NCBI GenBank assembly: GCA_963845145.1
Contig: CAWJQU010000005.1
Coordinates: forward strand, 64,001 to 128,000
Source: an uncultured delta proteobacterium
Lineage (GTDB): Bacteria; Desulfobacterota; Desulfobacteria; Desulfobacterales; QNYZ01
Direction of reading: 5' to 3'
DNA: 64,000 nucleotides
Below the pieces are notes generated by a model. It saw nothing but the letters and a program-made list of their open reading frames with translations. It had not been told where the DNA came from and ran no database searches. Position 1 is the stretch's first letter, and the number at the start of each line of letters is the position of its first letter. Below, piece by piece: positions 19,794 through 30,700 of this stretch. A program made the position numbers and the translations under genes.

Positions 19794-21771
19794 CTAGTTT
19801 ATCACTTCCCTGATCATTTCTGTGATCAGGGCAAAATTGAATTGATCGGCCAACCGTTTCAATTCTGCTGCCAGGGTGGGGTTGAGTATCCGAATTTTAT
19901 CGATAACTGCGTTTACTGCGTTCATGTTTGCCTTTAGCGCCTCATTGTAAAGCGTCTCAACGATCTCACGGGGCAAGGCTTCCAATGCTGAGTTTAACGC
20001 TTCAACCATCTTAAACGTCGTCTCTTTTTTATCCTGATATTCCCATTTTAGGCCCAAATGGGTAGCCATCATTGTGAGCAAATCATACTCCTTAAATGGT
20101 TTGATGAGAAAATCGTCACACCCGGCCTCAAAAATTTTAACATGTTCCTCTTCAAAACTATTTGCGGTCAAGGCCAGGATTTTGATGTGTCTCCCGTCGG
20201 GACTACTCTTGATGTGTCTGGTCGCCTCATAGCCATCCATTACCGGCATTCGTATATCCATCCAGATCAGGTGGGGTTTGAATTGCTTGCACTGTTCCAC
20301 AGCCACTTGTCCATTTTCGGCTTCGCGGACATCAAAACCTAAAGGACGTAGCAGCTTGCCCAATAGCTCGCGACTGATAGGCATGTCATCCACGACCAGA
20401 ATACGATAACCGGACTGGCCCTCCTTTAGGTGGCGTATCTGCCGTCTCCTGGATTTATCATTGAGGGCATGTGGGTCTTTGATGCATTCGACCTGAATGT
20501 TAAAAACAAAAACGGTACCTTTCCCGGGCTGGCTGTCGACGGTGATATCGCCACCCATGAAGTTTAGAAATTTTTGACTGATGACCAAACCCAATCCGGT
20601 ACCCTTTTGTATTGTCCGTCCTGATTGAGTCTGTGAAAATGCTTTGAATAGTTTATCCATTTCATCGGCATCAATACCTTGCCCCGTATCTCTGACAGTA
20701 AAGCAAAGTGTTATTAGATTTCTATTTTTAACAACAGCCATAGGTTTATCTAAACCAACTGTAACCGTCACTTCTCCAGTCGGCGTAAATTTAATGGCAT
20801 TATCCACCAGATTGATCAATATTTGACGCAACTTAGCCAAATCCGTTTTTATGGTTGCGGGCACGTTATCTGCTATGTTAAAAATTAACTTTATTCCTTT
20901 TTCACGCGCAGTTAAGGAGAACATCTCTTCAATATCGTTCAACAACTTGCCAATATGGGTAACAACCAAGCTAATTTTTAGTTGATCGGCTTCAATCCGC
21001 GATAACTCCAAAACATTATTTATTAATAGTAAAAGATGTTCTCCACTTCGATTGATTATGGAAAGGTTTTCACTTTGTCTCCTGGAAAGAGGCTCCTTAC
21101 CTATAGCATCATCGCGTAAAAGAAGATTTGAATATCCGATAACCGTATTTAATGGCGTGCGCAATTCGTGCGTGATACCAGCTAAAAACTCGCTTTTGGC
21201 TTTATTTGAAAATTCGGCCAGGTTCTTTGCTTTTTCTATTTCTTTAGTTCTATCTTGTATGATTAGGTCTTGGTTTTTGATTAGTTGCGCATTTCGCAAA
21301 ACTAAAACAACTGTTTCAAGCAATACATCCAGTACTTCTACAATCAATTTCAGACCTTTATTATCCACCAATCCAAATGCAATAATACCGCCTATCAGTT
21401 TTCGATGGTCTGATACTGGACAAACCATATTTACCAAAAATCCGTTCTTCCTTAGAAAGTCAGAAAACCCACTCGGCGCATCCATATACCTCAAAATCGA
21501 TGCTTCATTTTTATTATCAAACAATTTTTTTACATCACCAATGCGTATGTTTTTTTTCAAATGGTTTGATCGCTCAGGATTTATGAAGATAATCGCCGAT
21601 TCATTGCGAAGCTCGGAGTTTTCAAATAGCATAACGGCTCTTGCACCGGTAAGTTCTCGCAACAGACCGGTGAGTTTTTGAACGAATAGATTAAAGTTAT
21701 CAGAATATTTTAAAACCTCACTGAACAAGATCTAGAGCCATAAAAGGAACGCTGGGATCTCTATCAGGCAT
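19794..21771 (-). CDS. Soluble hybrid histidine kinase (GAF-like N-terminus-HisKA-HATPase-REC-tail); probable indel near 21730
   Basis: THELRTPLN, NAIKFT, GTGLGL, WMDIRMP. GGAG RBS and ATG 21771 give MPDRDPSVPFMALDL, which joins FSEVLKYSDN after removing one base. Confidence 0.88.
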
Positions 21772-21825
21772 TTTTCACTCCAGTGCAAATCAACCGAACT
21801 CTTAATGACATATTCATTTATCGGA

Positions 21826-22851
21826 TTATCGATAACCATTAGTAAAATTTTTAACAGTTTTCTGAAGGATTAAAAGATTTTCAACGGGTGTATCATAGTT
21901 AACATCCGGGCCTGTCATAGTAAAAATAGAATGAGGATCATGTCGTTGCTCCTTTAGTACTTTTAACGTTTTACGTTTGACGCCATCGGGTGAATATTTG
22001 TCCAGGTTTGGTCCATCAATTCCCCCAAAAAGAAGCTGTTCGGGTTTGATTAAACCGCGTGCCTTTTCCAAGGAATCTCTGTGGTCGATTACAAATCCTG
22101 CCAGATTAGGAAGGTCTTTCAATATATCCAAAAAATCAAGATATAAGGCACCAACGTGGTGAAGTACCACAGGTATCTTTAGCTCAGAAAAAACCTTAGT
22201 GAGTACCGGAATTGCATATCTTTTAACAATTTCTCGAGTAACGATGCTTGGTAATGTAAAAACAGAAGGAAATATAAAAAAATCCGCACCCGCTTTTGTA
22301 AGGGCACTGGCCCACTTCATAAAAAAGGGTATGGTTAACGCCAATAAATTTTCTACTCTTGAATCTTCATCAATGACAGCAGGAAGCCAATTTTCCATTG
22401 AAGTGATCATAATCGGAATATCTACCGGGTTGAGAATCGGGGCTGCAATCATATAATCGGCACCAAAAGTATCTTTCAATTTTTCCACTACCATCCTTGT
22501 ATAAACAAGGCGGGGTGAATTTTCTATTTTTGGTATCGTAAGTTTAGATATTTGGTCGAGCGAAGCTATCGCCGGAATTTTTAGGTTGGGCGGTTGCTTT
22601 GGCAGATAGATTGTTTTGGAGCCAAACGCCTCTCCCTCTTGTGCCAATATAAAAGGTGACACGATAATATCCGGGTTAACCAATTCGACGACTCTCTTTT
22701 GCCCCTCTAAGTATGCATCAGGGTTACTATAATATCGATCGATTGGGCAGTTCGTAAGTTTTGCACCGTATAAACTAAGAACTCCCGCAAAAGAGGGGCG
22801 ATCAGGGAACTCCCCTTTAATGACAGCCAATACCCGTTCCTTACCATTCAT
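21826..22851 (-). CDS. Uroporphyrinogen decarboxylase-fold protein (MtaA/CmuA methyltransferase-like)
   Basis: MNGKERVLAVIKGEFPDRP N-terminus, EGEAFG, AGAD, GGIDGP, C-terminal TPVENL; typical URO-D superfamily layout. Confidence 0.82.
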   Translation of the reverse strand: MNGKERVLAVIKGEFPDRPSFAGVLSLYGAKLTNCPIDRYYSNPDAYLEGQKRVVELVNPDIIVSPFILAQEGEAFGSKTIYLPKQPPNLKIPAIASLDQISKLTIPKIENSPRLVYTRMVVEKLKDTFGADYMIAAPILNPVDIPIMITSMENWLPAVIDEDSRVENLLALTIPFFMKWASALTKAGADFFIFPSVFTLPSIVTREIVKRYAIPVLTKVFSELKIPVVLHHVGALYLDFLDILKDLPNLAGFVIDHRDSLEKARGLIKPEQLLFGGIDGPNLDKYSPDGVKRKTLKVLKEQRHDPHSIFTMTGPDVNYDTPVENLLILQKTVKNFTNGYR

Positions 22852-22872
22852 TTTTTTAATTCCCTATCAAGT

Positions 22873-23514
22873 TTATCCATTAAATCCGGGACATCTAGCC
22901 GTCCCACAGGAGCCATCCGCTCCCACAATATCTTTTAAATCTTTTCGAAGACCAAACACAGCCCCACCGACGGCCAGTTTAATCTTGCCTGAAAGTCCAC
23001 GCCTATCTAATTCTACACGAACTTTTTTTATGTTTAATGCTGTAGAATACATCATCGCCGACAATCCGATTATACCTGCTCCTACCTTAAGTGCTTCATC
23101 AACGATTTTATCGGCCATGACATCATTCCCCATATCGATCACCTTCCAACCTTTGGCGCGAAGGATTGCGACGGAAATATCGCGCCCCAGCGAATGGAAA
23201 TCATCTTCTATATTAGCCATGATGATGGGCCCTTTTTTCTGCGAAGAAACGGGTGCATTTTTTTCGGCTTTTTTAAGGGCCATCGCTATCCCTTTTTTGG
23301 CCACTTTGCCGAGAACATAAGCCTGTGCCAAAGTCGGTTCTTTTTTCTTCATACACTCGTGACCCGCTTTTTCTAAAACAGGAAGAAGAACATATCGAAT
23401 AAAACTGTCATCAGATAAATCCTCAAGCAATCGTTCAATTGCGGTTATCGCATCAATACTGTTAGCGGTTAAAATACAACCAACAAGCGTATCTATCTCT
23501 TTTTTATATTTCAT
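22873..23514 (-). CDS. Cobalamin-binding corrinoid protein (MtaC/MetH cap plus Rossmann domain); C-terminus probably frameshifted, true end near 22848
   Basis: DDFHSLG (DxHxxG), DMGNDV, IGLSAMM, AVGGA, GADG motifs. An alternative frame gives DVPDLMDKLDRELKK-stop with an ATGA overlap into the next gene. Confidence 0.88.
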   Translation of the reverse strand: MKYKKEIDTLVGCILTANSIDAITAIERLLEDLSDDSFIRYVLLPVLEKAGHECMKKKEPTLAQAYVLGKVAKKGIAMALKKAEKNAPVSSQKKGPIIMANIEDDFHSLGRDISVAILRAKGWKVIDMGNDVMADKIVDEALKVGAGIIGLSAMMYSTALNIKKVRVELDRRGLSGKIKLAVGGAVFGLRKDLKDIVGADGSCGTARCPGFNG

Positions 23515-23645
23515 TTTTGTATTCTTTTTTGTTAATGGAAAAAATAAAAAGTTTATATGTGCTTTCCATAGAGATACTATTTATATTGGGTTCAATTTTA
23601 TTTCTTAAATAGCCGCTGTAAGAAGTGAGAGCTGGGTTCATAAAT

Positions 23646-26600
23646 TTAGTTTATTACCCCTCTGATCATTTCCGCTAATTGGGCAAACTTAAATTGATCG
23701 GCCAGCTGTTTAAATTCTGCGGCTATGCCAGGATTGTGTGTATAAATCTCATCGATCAATTCGTTAACCGTTTTTATGTTTGCCCTTACCGCCTCGTTGT
23801 AAAGCGCCTCGACAAGCTCACGGGGTAAGGCTTCTAAAGCAGGAGTAAATGCTTCAGAAGCTTCAATGTTCTCTTCTTTGCTATCTTCATACGCCCAGTT
23901 TATTTCCAAGTGTTCGGCCATCATCTCCAACAGATCATTCGCTTTAAACGGTTTAGATAAACAATCGTCACAGCCGCTTTCAAGAATCTTAGCGCGCTCT
24001 TCTTCAAAACTATTTGCGGTCAGAGCCAGTATCTTTGTTTGACCACCACCAGGGGCGGCTTTGATGCGCCTGGTGGCCTCATACCCGTCCATCACGGGCA
24101 TACGTATGTCCATCCAGATCAGGTGTGGATTGAATCTTTCCCATTGTTCAATGCCCGTTTGCCCGTTTTCCGCTTCGCGCACATCAAAGCCCAGGGGGCG
24201 AAGCAGCCGGACCACCAATGCACGGCTGTTCGGCATGTCATCCACAACCAGAATACGATAGCGGGTCTGACCTGATTGAAGGCCGGAGATCATCCGGCTG
24301 GTCGGTTTTCTGTCGCGGAGGGGTGGGGCTTCGGTTCGTTTTGCAGGGATTTCAAAAGCAAAAACGCTGCCTTTCCCAGGCTGGCTGTTGACCGTTATAT
24401 CGCCACCCATAAGTTTCACAAACTTCTGACTGATCGACAGACCCAGGCCCGTGCCTTTCTGTGTTTCCCGACCCGATTGTGTCTGCGCAAAGACATTAAA
24501 CAAAACGGCCTGCTCATCAGGGGCTATCCCCTCCCCGGTATCGCTTACTTCAAAGCGCAGACGGACTGAATCCGAATCATCTCCAGGCGAGGATGCTCCA
24601 GCCCGAACCCTCACGACACCTTTTTCGGTAAACTTAACGGCATTGCTTAATAAATTAATCAGCACCTGCCGCAATTTTACTTTATCGGTTTTTACAAAGC
24701 GCGGCAGATCAGCGGCGAGTTCGAATTCCAGACGCAAACCTTTTTGTGCTGCATCGTGGGTAAACATATCTTCAAGACTGAGGCGCAATTCGTCCAGATC
24801 ACAAGATGTTATATTAACCGAGACACGCCCGGATTCAATACGGGACAATTCCAGCACATCGTCGACCAGCGTCAGCAGATGTTCGCCGCTGCGGTGGACA
24901 ATGGATAAATTCTCCTTTTGGGCGGACGAGAGCGTCTCCAGGCCCGTAGCGGCATCCCGCAGCAGATATCGGAAAAACCGATAACCGTGTTTAACGGCGT
25001 ACGCAATTCATGCGTCATTCTTGCCAGAAAGGAAGTCTTGGCCTGGTTGGAGGCATCTGCCTGCTCTTTGGCTTGCTCAAGTTCAATAGTGCGTTCCCCG
25101 ACCAGATCCTCCAGGTGGTTCTGATAGGTCATGAGTTCATTTTCCGCATTCTTACGATTTGAGATATCTTCCAACACGGATATAAAGTATTTGGGCCGTC
25201 CATCTTTCTGCTTCGCCATGGATACTGTAAGATTCGCCCAGACAATGCTTGCGTCTTTACGAATGTAGCGTTTTTCAATGCTATAGGTATCTATTTCCGC
25301 AGCCCACATTCTCCGAACGTAATCCAGGTCTCCATCCAGATCATCAGGGTAGGTGATATCCTGAAATCTGATTTGCAGGAGCTCCTCGCGTGAGTAACCG
25401 ACAATTTCGCACAATTTATCATTCACTCGGATCCATCGTCCGTCGCTCGCTACATGGGCAATGCCTACCGCTGCCTGTGCAAAAATAGCACGGAATCTCT
25501 CCTCACTTTCGCGCAACGCCGCCTCTGCCCGTTTGCGAGCGGTAATATCAGAGTGGGTTCCAATAAAACGGACAGGGGTTCCTATTTCATTGCGTTTGAC
25601 AATTTTCCCCCTTCCACGAATCCACATATAGCGCTTATCCTTACGCAAAAACCTGAATTCAATTTCAAAGGATTCAAGGTCTCCGGCCAGATATTGCTCT
25701 ATGGCCAATTTTGCCTGCCCGATATCCTCAGGATGAACCCGCTGCTCCCATTCTTCAAAAACACCTGGAAACTCATTGGGCTCATAACCGGCCATTGTGT
25801 AGTAGCGTGCGTCGTAATCAAGGGTGTTTTTGTCCAGATGCCAGTCCCATATACCGTCATTTGCCCCGAACATGGCCAGATCGAGACGCTCCTGGCTATG
25901 TCGCAGAGCCTCTTCTACTTTTTTTCGCTCTAAGACTTCCTTTCTTAGCACCTCTATTTTTTCTTTCACGCTGTCACGCATGATAAATATCGCCCGGCAA
26001 AGTACCCCAAGCTCATTTTCACCATATTCAACAGTCGCTTGATCAAGGTTCCCCCGTGCAATATCAGAGGATATTTCGGTCAACTTTTTAACAGGCCCTA
26101 CAAACCGCAACTGCAGCAAAAGAACCAATGCTGCCACCAGCGCCAGGTCGATGAATAAAATCTGAAAAGCGGTTGCTTGTAAAACCTCAAACAATGACTT
26201 TTCCAAAAAGGCCCTGGTAGTGACAACATTTACATAACCGAGGTGTTCTTCTTTTAAAAAAAGTTTCTCACTGCGACTAAGCCCCCCAAGGTGAGAATGT
26301 GTTTATCCGTTTTTTGAATTTGACTTTGTTCATTTTTTTTAAAAGCGATAAGAGGCACTTTATTTATATTGTCCACGCCGACATAGATAAAGTCCTCCCT
26401 ATTAAGGACGGCCAAACATATATCCTCAGCCGTTGGGATATCATAATTATATATGGGTTTAGCTAAGCTTTTAGAAAGGGTGCGAAAAGCTATCTTGAGG
26501 TCCTCATTCAACCGTGCCTCCATTTCCGTGGCCGTATTGCTATAGCGATACCAGCCGGATACGGTCAATATAATCGTGGTTACAACCATGACCAAAAGGG

Positions 26601-26652
26601 ATAGCTGAAGTGTCAAGCTTGCCTTGATATACCGTAAGATAAACCGAACCAT
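23646..26652 (-). CDS. Membrane hybrid sensor kinase (TM-periplasmic-TM-HAMP-2xPAS-HisKA-HATPase-REC-tail), split into three ORFs by indels near 26285 and 24967
   Basis: ORFs 26254..26652, 24872..26206 and 23646..24857 are collinear parts of one kinase: THELRTPLNTVIGFSD continues as LLRDAATGLETLSSAQKENLSIVHRSGEHLL in the next frame. Confidence 0.85.
23681..23795. repeat. 115-bp exact direct repeat, copy 1 (kinase C-terminal tail)
   Basis: Identical to 27754-27868 by direct comparison. Confidence 0.9.
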
Positions 26653-26804
26653 CCGGCTATTCTCCGGCCTTGTTTTTTTTCCAACACATAAAATTTTCCA
26701 TTAATCTGAATCGCTTCTCACCCCTGAATTTCGAGCTATTGACATAGTGCCGGCAGGAAATCGGCAATTGGATCTTTTTAAAATCAGACTGTGTGAACAT
26801 TCGA

Positions 26805-27590
26805 TTATCGGATATACTTGCTCTCGATGTCTTCAATTATCCCTTCTTTTTTCATTTCTCTCAATACTTTCCCAAGTTCAGGAAGTATTCTTAGAAAGGG
26901 CGACTGTGAATTGATAAAAAAGCAATAAGATTGACTGATTGACGCCGGCATCTCAATTATTTTCTCTTGTAACCCTAATTTTTTAATTTGAAAAAGCCCC
27001 ATATGCCTTGCCATTATCATTGCATCTGCGCGCCCCTCGGCAATAAATTTGAACAGGGAGTCCCACCCTAAAAAATGGACATCAAACCCATTGTCACTCA
27101 TCGCCTCAAAGGGTGCTTCTCCCCGGCCTGCAACCCACTTGAATGGTCGTAGCGCCTCCCATTTGTAAAGATCCGCATTATAAGAAAAGTTAGCTGTATT
27201 TTTAAGCGCTCGTATCTTCTCAATCATAGGGCTGCCCGCATATGCAAAAATCCGCTGGCCGCCCAAAAGTGCCACCTCGGGGCAAGACTGTGCCCAGTCA
27301 TCTTGAAGGGAGCACGGTCGGAGGAAACCATCAACCTTACCCGCTTTGGCCATTTCAACTGTTCTTTTCCACGGATATTTTTTATGAATGACCCGCATGC
27401 CCATACGTTTTTCTATCGCGGCCGTAACCAAATCAATAAAAATACCCCGCATCTGGCCTTCTTCTTCCCAGCAATAGGGTGGTAAGTTATTATCATAGCT
27501 GAAAGATATCGTGTCTTCCGCATGGAGAAGAGAAATAGGAAGGATCAAGCATAATGTAATTAAGGCGAAGATAACCACGGTTTTCCTCAT
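26805..27590 (-). CDS. Extracellular solute-binding protein family 3 (orphan, upstream of a kinase)
   Basis: Signal peptide, LPPYC..GIFIDLV, YPWKR, GRADA; AAGGAGG RBS before ATG 27590. Confidence 0.82.
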   Translation of the reverse strand: MRKTVVIFALITLCLILPISLLHAEDTISFSYDNNLPPYCWEEEGQMRGIFIDLVTAAIEKRMGMRVIHKKYPWKRTVEMAKAGKVDGFLRPCSLQDDWAQSCPEVALLGGQRIFAYAGSPMIEKIRALKNTANFSYNADLYKWEALRPFKWVAGRGEAPFEAMSDNGFDVHFLGWDSLFKFIAEGRADAMIMARHMGLFQIKKLGLQEKIIEMPASISQSYCFFINSQSPFLRILPELGKVLREMKKEGIIEDIESKYIR

Positions 27591-27718
27591 TGTTTTTCCC
27601 TCCTTTATGCATAACACATACTATTGCTAAAAATTTATCGATGGTAAATATGCCTCAAATCTCATATCGGAAAAGATATAAATAACTAAAACTAAAGATA
27701 CGGGGTGCACCCAATAAA

Positions 27719-30700
27719 CTAACTTAACAGTCCTTTCATCTTTTCCGCTAACAGGGCAAACTTAAATTGATCGGCCAGCTGTTTAAATTCTGCGGCTATG
27801 CCAGGATTGTGTGTATAAATCTCATCGATCAATTCGTTAACCGTTTTTATGTTTGCCCTTACCGCCTCATTGTAAAGTGCCTCTGCAAGCTCACGGGGTA
27901 TAGCGGCTAATTCCTGGCTTATATCTTCAAAAGACGCTACGGTTGTCGCTTTGTTTTCCTCGTAGATCCAATGTATGTTTAAATGATCACCCATCATCTG
28001 TAGTAAATCGTCCACATCAAACGGTTTGCGTAGAAAATCATCGCAACCGGATTCAAGGATGCGGACGCGATCTTCCTCAAAACCACTGGCGGTTAAGGCC
28101 AGGATTTTAGTCGCCATTCCGCCGGGGCTGGCTTTGATGCGTTTGGTGGCCTCGTAGCCGCTCATCACCGGCATCCGCATATCCATCCAGATCAGATGAG
28201 GATCAAATAGCTCCCATTTTTCGATGGCCTCTTGCCCGTTTTCAGCCTCGCTTAACTCAAAACCCATCCGTCGAAGAAGCGTAACCAGCAAACTGCGGTT
28301 ACTTGCATTATCTTCGACTATCAAAATCCGAAAGACAGGTTGTCCCGGCTTGATTCCCACGATGTGCCGTTGCATAGATTCCAAAACCATTGGAGGGGTA
28401 TTAACCTTTTCCGCCCACATATCGAAAGTAAAGGTCATCCCGCAGTCAACCTGGTTCTTAGCAATAATTTTGCCACCCATCAGTTCTGCGAACTGTTGGC
28501 TGATGGCCAACCCCAGACCGGTGCCTTCCTGGGCGGTCCGGCCGAATCCGGTCTGGGAAAAAACGCCAAAGATGCCTTCCAGATCCTCGGGTGCAATCCC
28601 CACTCCGGTGTCACTGATTTCAAAGTACAGCCGAACGTCATCTATAGTGGCGGATGAATCATCCTGATGGCGGACGCCGGCCAAGACAGACACCTTTCCT
28701 TTTTCGGTGAACTTAACGCCATTGCCTACCAGGTTGATCAATACCTGACGCAGCTTGACCTCATCGACCCCGGCGAACCGCGGCAAATCTTCAGTCCGTT
28801 TAAACACCAAAGCCAGATTCTTTTCCCGCGCCTTAAGGGCGAACATATCTTCAATATCGTCGAGTAGTTTATGCAGATCGCACAAGACGATATCCAGGGT
28901 GACGCGACCGGCCTCAACACGGGAAAGCTCCAGCACATTGTTGATCAGAGTCAGCAGATGTTTGCCACTACGGTGAACGGTGAGAAGGTTCTCCTTTTGA
29001 GTGGGAGATAGGGCTTCCAGGCCACTGGCGGCGTCCCGCAACAGTAAATCAGAAAAGCCGAGAACCGTATTCAACGGCGTGCGCAATTCATGACTCATAT
29101 TGGCCAGGAAAGTACTCTTGGCTAGATTGGCCGCCTCGGCCTGGTCTTTGGCTTTCCTTATTCGGTCTTCAGCTTCTTTTCGTTCGGAAATGTCACGCGC
29201 GGCAGCGACCCTTATATGTCGGCCCTTGTAGGGCACCGTTTTTGCCCTGACTTCCAATTCAAGCGGTGAACGATCCGCTTTGATCCCGGCCACTTCATAC
29301 GGTTCCTCGGAACCGGCAAATATTTTTTTCTCGACCAGGACTCTGGATTCAGGTGTAATCAACACATTTAGATGCATACCAAGCAATTCGGAGTGGGGAT
29401 ATCCAAAAAGAGCTGTAGCAGCCTCATTGGCGTCCTCAATAACACCCTTGTCATGTATAATTACCGCCTCAAATGTTGATGCGGATAATCCGTGATACCG
29501 CTCCTCGCTTTCCTGAAACTCTTTGGTGCGCTCGGCGACCTGCTTTTCGAGTTCCAGATTTCGCCTCTCGACAGCGCCAACTCGCCAGCGATATCCGCCT
29601 AGCAACAATCCCATTATCCCCATTGCGACCAAACCCCGAAACCAGACCGATTGCCACCAGGAGGGCAAGATAGTGATGCTGACGGCTTTGCCTTCCTCGT
29701 TCCAAACGCCGTCATTATTGGAAGCCTTGACCCGGAAAGTGTAGTTGCCCGGGTCAAGGTTGGTGTAGGTTGCGAAGCGACGACTGCTATCGGTGTAATT
29801 CCATAGCTTGTCAAAGCCTTCCAGCATATAGGCATATTGGTTTTTATCGGGAAAACGGTAATTCAAGGCAGCAAACTCAAAAGAAAAAACCGATTGATCA
29901 TAAGCCAGGGTCAGCTTCTCCATCATTTGTATAGGCTGTTTTAAGGGAGAGTCCTTGTCTCCTATAAGCACCGGTTGGTTGAAAAGTTGAAAGTTGGTCA
30001 AGACCACTGGTGGGATATTGTTGTTGTCTTTCAGTTGCGCAGGGTTAAAGACATTCAGCCCCCCATTCCCGCCAAAGTAAAATCTACCGGCCTTGCCCTT
30101 GCAACCCGCTCCCGGTAAAAATTCAGCCGGTTGAACACCATCGGTGCTATCAAACGTCCGATAGGTTTCCGTTTTTGGATCGAAACGTGATAAACCTTTC
30201 CCATACAAGGCCATCCAGACAAAACCCGCCTCGTCCAAAAGCAGGCTGCCGATATTTGTATTTGGAATACCCTCATTAAAATGGGTGAAAATTCCTGTCT
30301 CCATGTCGAAACGATCCGGGCCGGCGCCGGTAGTAATCCACATTCTGTCCTCAGGATCGAATGCCATTTGGGCGATTTCATCATGAAACAGGCTGTCCGG
30401 ATCATCGGGATTATGAAAATAATGGCTAAATTTTTCTGTTTCGGGATCAAATTTATTTAAACCTCCCCCAAAAGTGGCAATCCACAACATGCCTTTCTTA
30501 TCTACAATTATGTCCATGACTAAATTGGCAGACAAACTGTTTTCATCATCCGGGTTATGCAGATAGTTGACAAATTGTCCCGTTTCCGGATTGAACCGAT
30601 TGAAACCTCCGCCGTAAGTGCCCACCCACAAACGGTCGGATTGGTCCTCAAAAATCCGCATGACCCAATTGTTACTCAAACTGGTCTGATCATTATCGCG

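Noticed and set aside
21826..22851. True uroporphyrinogen decarboxylase HemE
   Set aside because: Lacks the W.MRQAGR signature and sits beside a corrinoid protein rather than hem genes
23515..23645. Cobalamin riboswitch upstream of the corrinoid gene
   Set aside because: Short, very AT-rich spacer with no B12-box or GGGAA core motifs
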